Shown here: piece after piece, positions 25,687-36,230 of the stretch
How the letters are laid out: the number at the start of each line of letters is the position of its first letter
How positions within the stretch are numbered: position 1 is the stretch's first letter
Source of the DNA: Azolla caroliniana
Lineage: Eukaryota > Plantae > Polypodiophyta
DNA length: 64,000 bases
Assembly (NCBI GenBank): GCA_043228905.1
Contig: JBHGNT010000012.1
Location: 11,718,001-11,782,000 of the forward strand
Direction: 5' to 3'
Position numbers and translations under genes: made by a program
The notes under the pieces: model-generated
The model's input: only the letters and a program-made list of their open reading frames with translations
Database searches by the model: none
Told to the model about the DNA's origin: nothing

Positions 25687-26152
25687 CCACTGTACTGGAA
25701 AAGCTCGTGCAAGACGCGACTGACCTACAAACCATTGCTGAGGTGATGCAAAGGTTGTCGAAGGAGGACACACTTGCACAATGGGTCAAAGAAGCAAGGC
25801 TAAATGGGCAACCGGCTAGAAAAAGGCTGAAGAAGGGGCCACGATCAGGAACAAGACCAGTTACTCGATCAAGGGGCTCTTGAATTGGAGCGAAATACTT
25901 ATTAGTGGGATATGATTGTTAGCGATTTTCCGAGGGTTTTATGAAGTTTTACCATGATCTATTTGGACAAGTAAAACCTCAAATTGGTTGTTGCTCTAAG
26001 CACATTATGTAATGAAACTCTATGATGTTTCTCCAAGATAATTATGTTCATGTTGTTCTATGATGGAAAATATTTCATGTTCATTATGTTGTTTTGTGAG
26101 GCTGTTAGTTACTTTGTGAGTGTGAATATGTTTGTGTTTTCTGATGTTGCAG

Positions 26153-27430
26153 AGTCTAAAGGGTTTGAATCTATTGCTCCTAAGGTCGATGGCAGTGTGG
26201 AAACTGTTGATGTTGCTACATGTTTAGAGGGCCACATCTTGAAAGTAGATGTAGCAACTGACACAAATGATCTGGTCATGGAAGTTGATCAAGCATGTTG
26301 CACAGATGATTTGATTTTGCAGGTAGAGGCAGCGTGTGATACTAGTGGGCTGATATCGACCAGATCAGTATCTACATTCACCGAGTCAATGACTAAGTCA
26401 ACAACACAAGAGCACCAGAATGTGAAGCTAGGCCCAACACAGTCGACCAGGGGTTTGAAGAGGAAAAGGACACCAATTGTGCCGACAAAACCTGAGTTGA
26501 TTGAAATTGATCGTGTGCTACCAGTAATTGGTGTAACAGAGGCTCAATTACAAGAATGGAAACCTAAACCATTAGAAGTCGAAAGAAGAGCCTTGATCTT
26601 GGAGCTTGATAAAGTCTTGATGAGTGTGCGATATATGACACAAAGAAGGGACGCAAATCAATTTCTGGAGTGGGTTGTGCAATACTTTGATTTGTTTATT
26701 TGGAGCGAAAAACCACGTATAGATGTGTGGAAGTGTGTAGAAAGATTCTTCTCGAAGTGGCGACAACATTTCAAGGGTCAGTGGACACGAGAGAATTGTG
26801 AGTAGAAGGATGTTGCAAGATTCAAAAGACTTTCTGATTTTTGGGACACTTGGCTAGATTATAATGCTGACAATACGTTAATTCTTGGTAGAGAACATTT
26901 CCGACATTACTTCAACATTCGCAGATGCAGTCTCATTCTACCCGATGAAATGCCTAAACACTATTCGGTGAAAACATTGAGCTGCCAACTAGCTACATGG
27001 TTGTGGACTCCATACCGAGCTCGGTATGCAGATCATATATGGAGCGAAAAACCACGTGTAGATGTGTGGAAGTGTGTAGAAAGATTCTTCTCGAAGTGGC
27101 AACAACATTTCAAGGGTCAGTGGACACGAGAGAATTGTGAGCAGAAGGATGTTGCAAGATTCAAAAGACTTTCTGATTTTTGGGACACTTGGCCAGATTA
27201 TAATGCCAACAATACGTTGATTCTGGATACATAACATTTCCGACATTACTTCAACATTCGCAGATGCTGTCTCATTCTACTTGATGAAATGCCTAAACTT
27301 GGTGAAAACATTGAGCTGCCAACTAACTGCATGGTTGTGAACTCCATACCGAGCTCGGTATACAGATCATATAGGTAGAGAAGTTCCATTGACCAGCAAG
27401 AGCTTAGGTGTTTATAAGCGATTTGAAGAC
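26153..27430 (+). pseudogene. FCP1/SCP (NIF)-like HAD phosphatase domain exon with ~339-bp internal duplication
   Basis: RALILELDKVL..RRDANQFLEWV..FDLFIWS..WTRENC..FKRL..NTLILD follows the NIF pattern; DxDxT is replaced by ELDKV; 26701 and 27040 are duplicated. Confidence 0.6.
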
Positions 27431-27835
27431 ATTGGCAATGGGATGTTATAAATATGTAATTTGCTACCACTTAATCAATGAAGAATTAAATTGCTTGTTT
27501 TGAGTAACTTATCTATTGTGTAAATTTAAGAGTATTTTCAGGACTGTTGATTTCATGATAGTGCGTTTTCTTAAAATTATGCAAACTATTTTAACTTGTA
27601 CATGGTTCACTTGAGTAAATGTGTATCTCATAAAGAAGAACCCTAAACGATATTATTAAATTGTATATCAGAAAGAAGGCTATATAGCAAAATGATACAC
27701 GATTTTGTTGAGAAAGAAGCACAAAAAGTAGATTGTATATATAAAAAAAACTCCCAAACAAGTTCATTAAACTGTTTATTTGCAATACATGTGCTTTGTT
27801 TGTTTTACAAGAAAACTGGTAATTGCTACTTGTAG

Positions 27836-30800
27836 CTACAAAGTCCATGGCATACTATTGTAAATAGATTCATACACATTAGCACTAACTGTGTATAAAC
27901 CTGAGCAACTATTGTATTGCGACATTAGGACATTGATGCACCTGACCAAATGAGAGTACATGTACGCCACTCGTTTGTCTTCTAATAGCCTATACACATA
28001 ATTGTAATCATCTAGTCTTGCATAAAAAATACCTTCGATGTAGAATATCCCAGTATATACAACATTTCCCCAAGCATCTAATATATTCCGCGTTGCACAC
28101 TGTTTACTAACCGTGCACTTCAATATGTAGAAATCAGCACTCTCTGAATTGCCTTCTGCATTTTGCGCAAAATTATCCCCAACATTTAAGACATCACTTA
28201 GAGTATCTCCATGTCCTTGATATGTGAAGTAAGCATTCTTTTCTGTTTCTCCATCAATTGCTTCCTTATCGTTCAATGTTTGATACTCCCAATTCTGAAT
28301 ATATGCTTTGTTTAAACAATACCTCCAATTTCCTTACACACAATGGAAGCAAAAACAAGTTAATTCTCTAACTGCAATACAATGACCATCCAACCTAGAA
28401 TAACCACGAATAGCATGGAGAGATCGCAATTCGGGAATATTCCTTGGCACTCCCAGGTCTTCTCCCTATTTACTTCATCTAGCTTCACTTCCCAAAATTC
28501 ACGTTTGATATCTCGGACCTGCAACGAATAAACACCAGTTGCACTCGTTGACATATTAGCTCTAAAAAAATCAACTACATGTGTTGCACAATTCATCTGC
28601 ACACCATCTGTCTTTAGTTGTTCATGGGTAGCACCCGCTTTATAATAGCACCTGCACCATCATGTTCACCTTTACCATGTCTAGACCCAAAAAAATTTCA
28701 TCTCATCCCCACAAAATTAAATGGACGTCTAGCCTTGAATTGTGACTCAACTCCATTAGACCAGACCCAATGTTGAGTAAGCTCCAAACGTTTAGCTAAT
28801 AACCATTGCCAATGTAAGTTAAAACTATGTTGGACAAACAAGGTATCATGTTTCTTATCATTAGAAATAAAAAAAGGAATTACTTTTTTAACATTACCTA
28901 AAACTCAAAAATATGTTATGCGCACAAAAATGGTTACCTGCTGTGAACACCAATGCATAGATTGAATTTCATTCTGCTGCTTGAAAGTATAATTTTCTAT
29001 GAAATCTACTATAGAGACTACTACATCATTTGGAAAATCAAATATGCAAGTCTTAAACTAATGGGCTTGCCATGAATAAATGAAGTTGTGTTTAATGAAT
29101 TTTCCTAGAGATACTACAAATAGAGACACCAAATCCCTTGGTTTAAGCGACTTCCTAACTAGATCCTTTCTTTTACACACCTTTCCTTCGAAATTGGTGT
29201 CAATTGACTCAAATAACTTGATAGAGATTAATATTTCACTACTCAATTAATTTGGACACCACCTAAATCTACTAGGGCCACAATCTTGACATAAACCCAT
29301 GACACATTTATGACTGTGGAAGATGGCCTTAGTTTCTCTCAGACACAATACTAAATCTAAAAGACAAGTCATTGAAGAGATAACATGCTCAGATGATTTA
29401 TAGTGCTCATGCAGGCTCGATCGACAAACTGGGCACTCACAAGTGCAAACGACATTTGTTAGGGAGGCGCTATGGTGACGTAGTAGATTAACAGAATCCT
29501 TGAGAAAACCCATTTGTACATGGTAAATGCAACAACATGTGTATCGATCCTTCAAGCGTCACACAAAGTGTGGCTTAAGAGACTCGAATGTTCGTAGTTG
29601 ACCTTTGATATTTGGATGCATTCGCCTGAACCTAATAAATAAATCAACCTGCGTAATAAAATGGACATACTAATTAACTCTATGGCTAACTGGTAGCTAA
29701 TTAGCTACTACCATAGTTTAGTACAGTAGCTAATTAGCTACTACCATAGTTTAGTACAGTAGCTAATTAGCTAAGTGGCAGCTAATTAGCGACTACCATA
29801 GTTTAGTACAATAGCTAATAAGCTACTACCATAGTTTAATACAATACCTAATTAGCTACTACCATACTTTAGATGAGTAGCTAATTAGATACTACCATAC
29901 TTTAGATGAGTAGCTAATTAGCTAAAGTGGTAGCTAATTAGCTACTACCATAGTTTAGTATAGGAGCTAATTAGTTAACTGGTAGCTAATTAGCTACTAC
30001 CGTACTTTAGTTATAGTGGCTAATTAGCGACTACCATACTTTAGCTGAGTCACTAATTGGCTAATTGGTAGGTAATTAGCTACTACCATACTTTAGCTGA
30101 GTAGCTAATTAGCTAAGTGGTAGCTAATTGCTAATTAGCTACTACCATACTTTGGTTGAGTAGCTAATTAGCTACCACTTAGCTAATTAGCTACTACCAT
30201 AGTTTAATACAGTAGCTAATTACCTACTACCATAGTTTATACAGTAGCTAATTAGCTACTACCATAGTTTAATACAGTAGCTAATTAGCTACTACCATAG
30301 TTTATACAGTAGCTAATTAGCTACTACCATAGTATAGTACAATAGCTATTCCAATAGGGGATTAGCAATTCTGGTAGCTATTTAGCAGCCTATTGTTATA
30401 GGCAGCTAATTAGCTATTGTGGTAGCTAAATAGCTATGAATGGTAGCTAAATAGCTATTCTAATACCTAATTAGCTATAGTCATAAGCCACTAATTAGCT
30501 ACTCTAATAGCCTATTGTTATAGGCAGCTAATTAGCTATTGTGGTAGCTAAATTGCTATAAATGGTAGCTAATTAGCTATTATGGTAGCTAAATAGGTAT
30601 GTTCGGTATTCTTAGGGAGCTAATTAGCTATTACTGGTAGCTAGTTAGCTATGGTCATATTTTGAGGTAGGTAATTAACTATTCGGGTATGGTCATATTC
30701 AAAGGTAGCTAATAAGCTAACTAACTAAGCTCAAAAGTCAAAACAAATGTTGAGATAAATGTAAATACCTAAGGTACATCAAGAAGATGAATGGGATGCT

Positions 30801-31506
30801 CCTCGTATTGGTTCCTTCCAACACGTTTCCTTCATTAACTCTCATTAGTCCAAAATGTTGTGATTATATCTTTGATTTCTGATGTTATGGGTGTCATTAG
30901 CTTACATCTTGTTGTTAGCTTTAGCAAATTAGTTCTTTCACCCGAGGAAACTATCTAGTTCAATGTATTGTACATACTTTTTCTACTAACAACAATTACC
31001 TTAGATAGCACACTGATGTTACTATCGTCAACATCACTATTAAGTAACATCATTAGACTAGAACTTTTTAAGACAAGATCATCTTCTATCCTCCTCATGG
31101 ATACGAAACTATTACGGAGATTATTTACTAGTATAGATGTTATGTTTGCATTAAGACCATCACAATCAACTAACTCCTTTATCGATGGATCATTTAATAT
31201 TCCATAAAGTACTACCTTCTTGTCTTCATTGCTGACGTGCTTAGTTTGAACATTGAAATAATCTATAACCTTTCTCTCTATGACAGTAGTCTCATTACTT
31301 CCATTCTCAATGATATTTAGACCTATATTGCAACCAATACTATCTTTACCTTTAGTGAGTGTGGCTTTTGTATCCTTCAATAATTGACAATGTTTTCTTC
31401 TTCTTTTTTGCCCAATACTTTCGTATCGTTTGTTGTGTCCTGATAGCGTCATCCCTATCCTGATGATCATTGCGGGGTTATTCTAAACACCCTCCTTCCC
31501 CTTCCA
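27836..31506 (-). pseudogene. Sola2-like DDD transposase (degenerate), with one large satellite-filled intron ~29649-30767
   Basis: Fragments FWTNES.., VDLFIRFRRMHP..LKP..TCCCIYH, CVMGLCQDC, DFIENY..NEIQSMHW..Q, ISNDKKHD, WVWSNG..SQFK, FFGSRHGKGEHDGAG..KR, CFCFHC match the Sola2 motif order as I recall it. Confidence 0.75.
29665..30735. repeat. TAGCTAATTAGCTA satellite in the transposase intron (type A block, then type B block)
   Basis: Type A linkers to ~30345, then TTCTGG/TAGTCATA/TTGTGG linkers. Confidence 0.93.
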
Positions 31507-31911
31507 TTTGGCTCGACGGGCTTAAACCCTAATTTTCCCGAAAAAAAGACACGTATTAAATATGGCTATGGGCAACAACAATACACGAAAATATTCCACC
31601 ATACACAACATTATACACAACAATACACAAGATAAACAATAGACAGAATAGTTATTCAAATACAACACCGAACAGTGGCGGTAATCCAGGGCCGAATAGG
31701 GAAAATGTTATATTCATTATATAATACATCCAATGTAATGGTTACATGATGGTTATAAATAAGACCATTACCCATTCTTGTACACATGCACATAGTTGTG
31801 CATGTGTCCATACACATACTCATCCTCACACACTCATTTACTTTACACATACACATCAACCACATCATTACACATACCCTTATGCCTCCCCGCATATTCT
31901 TACGGGTAACA

Positions 31912-32182
31912 AAAAGAAACATTAGGAATCAACGCTTTGATACCAATTGTTAGAGCTTAATCCTAATGTGAGAAAAAGATAAGGAAATATAAGATAGGAA
32001 AATAGAGAGGAGAGAGAAAGAAGGGTGCCGATCAACCCGACCACCACCGAGCGAAGGGATCAAGACGGACTCAAGACTTGATTGGCATCCCATACCACCG
32101 CCATGACATCGGATTTTACCTGGTACTAGCATGCTCCCTACAAGAGTTTGATCACCACAAGGTCAAATGAAGGTAGCTAGGC
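31912..32182 (-). mobile_element. Old chromovirus: UTR start, PBS and truncated 5' LTR
   Basis: PBS TGGTATCAAAGC at 31934-31945; LTR from 31948, ending in CA on the minus strand, homologous to 8212 onward. Confidence 0.88.
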
Positions 32183-32422
32183 TGACTAGTCGGTCGTGTC
32201 TTTGATTTGGATCACTTCCACTGTTGTTGACTCTCCACGGTCGAATCCTCATTGTCTTCAACTGTTGGCTCTCAGCCCGACAATCAACTCCTCGTTGTCT
32301 TCGATTGTTCACTCTCTCTGTCCGACCAGTCAGCTCCTCCCATAGGAGGGACATATTCCTAACAAACTCCCCCTCCAGTCCTATGGGGTGGAGTCGGTTA
32401 GTCCTATCCTTTATTGACAAAT
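32183..32422 (-). mobile_element. Copia 3'-end fragment (pol end, PPT, partial LTR)
   Basis: GGAGGGGGAGTT-TGTTAGGAATATGTCCCTCC terminus like copia A-C. Confidence 0.75.
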
Positions 32423-34140
32423 TTAACATCGGGAATTCTTCTGGTATATGTGGTTTAGAAGATAATTCTTCAGAAGTAACCAAAGTTTCAGTTGTAACTG
32501 TATTGTCACAAGAACCTAAAAGTTCTTTTAGAAGACTTACATGAAAAATTGGATGAATTTCAACGCCACTGAGAAGAGCGAGATGATAGGTTGATGAACC
32601 AATGCGTTATAGGACTTGAAAAGGTCCACAAAACTGTGGGGCTAACTTAGCGTACTTACCTGTAGACAATGTCTTAGAATTGTGAGGTACACGTAGAAAT
32701 ACCTTCTATCTAGGGTTGAATACACGAGGTTGCCTATTATGATTGGTGTAAAAATGCGCTCTATCTTGAGCTATTTTTATATCATCTCATGGAATATGCA
32801 ACATATCTTGCATATCCCGAAGAAAGCTTTACGTACTTCACAACTCATCATGATGTATATTAACATCAATCGGGGTTCGTGGCTGAAAACCATACATCAA
32901 CATAAAAGGTATATCATGTCGACGTATGTGATGAGGAGAGAGAGAAAAATGATAGAGAAGAGAAGAAGAAGAGAAAAGAATACTTGAATATATTATTAAG
33001 AAAAGAATACAATCTTCTTATACTCCAAGAGTAACAACCCCAAATAACTACTAAAATAGTTTTTCCTTTTCTCTCTTTCTTCTACTAATTGTCTTCTCAC
33101 TTCTTCAAATCTTCTTATTCTTCATCACTTCTTCTTGTAGATCTTCTATCTCTCCTTGTAGATATTCTACTCTTCCTCCTCCCTTAGATATTCTACTCTT
33201 CCCTCTCCCCAATTCCTAAGAATACCCTTATACTTATAGGTTTTCAGTTGCAATATTCTTGTTTTTTCATTTCTTTTCTTTTACATATCCTCAAGTTTGT
33301 GTGGTGCGTTTTTCATATCATTATTTCTGGTTTGTCATCCAAATTTGTCATACAAGAAATCTCTCTTTGTCAACTTTCTTACAAATATTTTCTTTTGAAA
33401 TTTGGATAAGAGATAAAGAAGTTATGAGCTTTTTTCTCTACCTTCCTTTTTTTGCTTAATTTCTTGCGTTTTTCTTCTTTTTCTTTTTTCCTGTTTTTTC
33501 TACTTTTGAAAAATGCCTCTAACTTTATATCTCTTCAATTTCATTTATCTTTTAACTCTTGGACCTTTCATATTGTGCTTTATTCTTCTATACCTTCGCA
33601 TCCATTGTATTTTTCACGGCCTTTTCCTATGAGCAAAAATCGACTTCACAGTATGCTTGGAGCTGTTATAAGCAAACTCCAAATTTGGGAGATAATGTTC
33701 CCATTTTGTTGGTTTTGCACCAACGTATGCTCGAAGCATGTCCTCAAAAATTTGATTTACTCGTTCTGTCTGTCCATCGGATTGACGATGATCCGTGCAG
33801 CTCATGCTCAACGTAGTTTGTAACTTCTTAAAGACTTGCGTCCAGAAGTCACTAGTAAACTTTAGATCTCAATCACTCAAGGTATCTATCGGTAAACCAT
33901 AAAAACGAAATAACTCGTCAACGAATTTGTAAGCCAATTCAGGAGTTGTTACCATAACCACAAACCAGATGGCATCATGGCCTATTTTGGGTGGGAGGAA
34001 GACGAACAATAAAATCCATGGATATACTTTCCCACTTATTATTGGGAATGTCCAAGGGATCTAAATGTCTTGGGCCTTTAAGTCGCTCGGCTTGGTTAAC
34101 CTGACATTGGTGACATTTAGTCACATAACTATGTATGTGG
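32423..34140 (-). pseudogene. Chromovirus integrase fragment, interrupted by a solo LTR
   Basis: Diverged colinear homology to 2263-3290. Confidence 0.88.
32929..33650. mobile_element. Solo LTR of an unassigned family (722 bp)
   Basis: TG..CA ends; TSD GTATG at 32924-32928 and 33651-33655. Confidence 0.85.
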
Positions 34141-36230
34141 CTTTTGGAGTGCATGAGTTGTGTCTGATAGGTAGTGTGAACTTTGTTTAGAGCCATTGTA
34201 GCACGTTTCGTTTCCTCATAGTGTTGCTTGGTCAGCTCCATCTGTTCTTTCATCGCTTCCGCCAGTCTTTTCGTTGCTTCAGCCCCCGTCGATTGTTCCT
34301 CCGCCAGGGCCGCCGCTATCCGGTTAACCTCATCCCGAAGTTCCTATAACTTCTCCTGTTGCCGGTCACTTTCGGTGATCAATTTCTTGTGTTCCACATC
34401 CAAGTGTTTGTAATCCTGGTGTAGCCGATCAAAGTCGTCCATTTTTTGTTTCAGCCTTTGATTGATCAGATGGCGAGCACGGTCTTCCCAGTCCTTTTGT
34501 TGTCAGAGCTCTTCCTTGAGTCGCTCGATCTCTACTTCCACGGAGCGCCAGAGTTTGTCCTTTTCCTACAGGAGTTTTTCTTTTTCTTCCTTCAGTTGGT
34601 CATATGCTTGATAACCTTTTCGCAAGCTTTCTTCAGCTCGCCGGAGGCTTTCAACTAATTTCTTTTGTTCTTCCGCCGCCGCCTTCTTCCATTCACATTC
34701 TCTAGCCCTTAAGGCCTCTTGGGCTTCCAATTCTTCTTTCAGCGTGGCGAGTTCTTGTTCCTATGCCTTATTCGTATCCGGGACTTTTCCAGTCACCAGG
34801 GTCTTATTATTCTGAACACTCACCGATGCCGCCGGTTCTAAATGTTTTGGTCCTTCGATGACCAGCTTAGCCGTCTCTTCTCTGGTCTTTTCCATTTCTT
34901 GTTTCATGCTCCGGATTCTCAACCGGGCCTTCTCTAGGAATCTTCAGTTGTGATGAGCAACCGGTCCATGTGTGCTCTTTCTTTTGCTTCTATGTGGCAT
35001 ACCACCCTGACCACTTGTTCTCCTATCCACCGTAGCCATTGGCTGTCGGTGCTTTGTTGTCGTGCCAGTTCGGGTTGTGGTGTGGCTTCCTCACTCGCCG
35101 GGAACCTATTCTGGGTAGGTAGCGACATTTCTTGTTCGTGTTGTTGCTGATGTGCCGGCGACACCGACACTTCAATCACCGGTTTTTGAACATCCGATTC
35201 TGCTATTTCTCGCCGCGCAGGAGCTTCTAACACCGGAACTGGTTCAACTAGTTTTGACTCCTTCCTTGGCTGCGGCTCCTCGGGGTGGGGCTTTGGTATA
35301 CTATCCTTTACCGGACTTGATGCCTCCCTTTGTGGGCCTCATCGCGTGTCTGTGTGTGACGTAATAGGTGCTCAGTAGGTTCTTCTTCCTGCTCCTCTTC
35401 TAGGGTTCCGCTATTGATTAACGCCGCCAAGGGGTCTTGCTCCGGTTGTTGTTCTGGCCGGCGCAACTTAATTTTTAAGGGTCTCATCGGTGTTTCCATC
35501 GGTGTCTCCTTCTCTGTCGTACGCTTCTGACTAGGTTGCTCCTTTGCCTTTTGTAAGGAGCTGACCGCTTTCCATCCGATCGCTTGTTTAGCCAGGATTT
35601 GTTGCCTTTTTGAAGATTGGTTGGGGGTTGATGAAGTCGGTCTCCCCCGCTTCTTCGGTTGTATCGACTCTACTAGCGGCGCTAAAAGAGTAAGCCATTG
35701 TGCCACCGCCGTCCACATCTTCTTGCCATCCTTTACTAAGTCTATGGCTACGCTTAGACCGTTAGCGATGATCACCGCCCAATCCACCTGTACTCCCTCA
35801 TAAGTTGCTATAATAAAACCCGCTCTGTTCTTTGGCATAGCCGGGGGTCGAGGGTGTACATGCCCATACTCATGAAGCACACGAGCGACTTCTCGGAATA
35901 GAGTGTCCTCGCCGCCTTGCGTGCGGTACACCTTGCTTGTTAGGGAGTACTCCCCGAAGAACTTCATGAGTATCTCTGGTGAAGGGTTTTCGATCGAGAA
36001 TATTCCGCCCTCTTGTAAGCAGGTCATGGCGCGGATGGCCTCTTCTGTGATGAGCTCCGAATCGATCTCCTGCACGACTTTCTCCACCTCGCCGATTCTT
36101 AGGAACCCTTCCAACCTATGTTGCTTGAACCATTTCTTGGCCACTTCCGAGAGTGCCATGTGTTCCATATCGTCATCTGAGTCTGTGGAACTTGGTAGAA
36201 TTGGTACGTCTATGCGTTCTTCTTGCGTTC
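34140..36230 (-). pseudogene. Extra sense ORF downstream of pol (VDWA-motif domain plus E/K-rich coiled coil)
   Basis: 387-aa ORF 35308-36471 plus broken continuation to ~34140; TATTTAAA and CACGTG at ~36388-36408. Confidence 0.6.

Larger units (their letters stand above)
22264..25883 (+). pseudogene. Spliced cargo gene: VxWA-motif domain, RING-H2 finger, acidic/NLS C-terminal exon
   Basis: Exon ~23239-23582 reads CIAC-x17-CQHTYHIIC-x10-CFGDC with one TAG. GT-AG intron 23583-24911 joins it in frame to the ORF at 24941. Removing the solo LTR extends the frame to ..RKRLKK..TGA 25883. The 5' exons are uncertain. Confidence 0.65.
21284..31911. mobile_element. 10.6-kb insertion containing a Sola2-like transposase and cargo genes (copy 1)
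   Basis: Cleanly splits the old chromovirus UTR; ends TGTTA...TAACA; flanked by AAAAG at 21279-21283 and 31912-31916; interior is paralogous to 41461-48654. Confidence 0.75.

Noticed and set aside
27836-31506. KDZ, CACTA or MULE identity for the transposase
   Set aside because: Cys clusters are present, but the DFAENY/HD/SDG-QFK/HGKG..DG order fits Sola2 better; there are no CACTA ends or 9-bp TSD. An HMM search is still needed.
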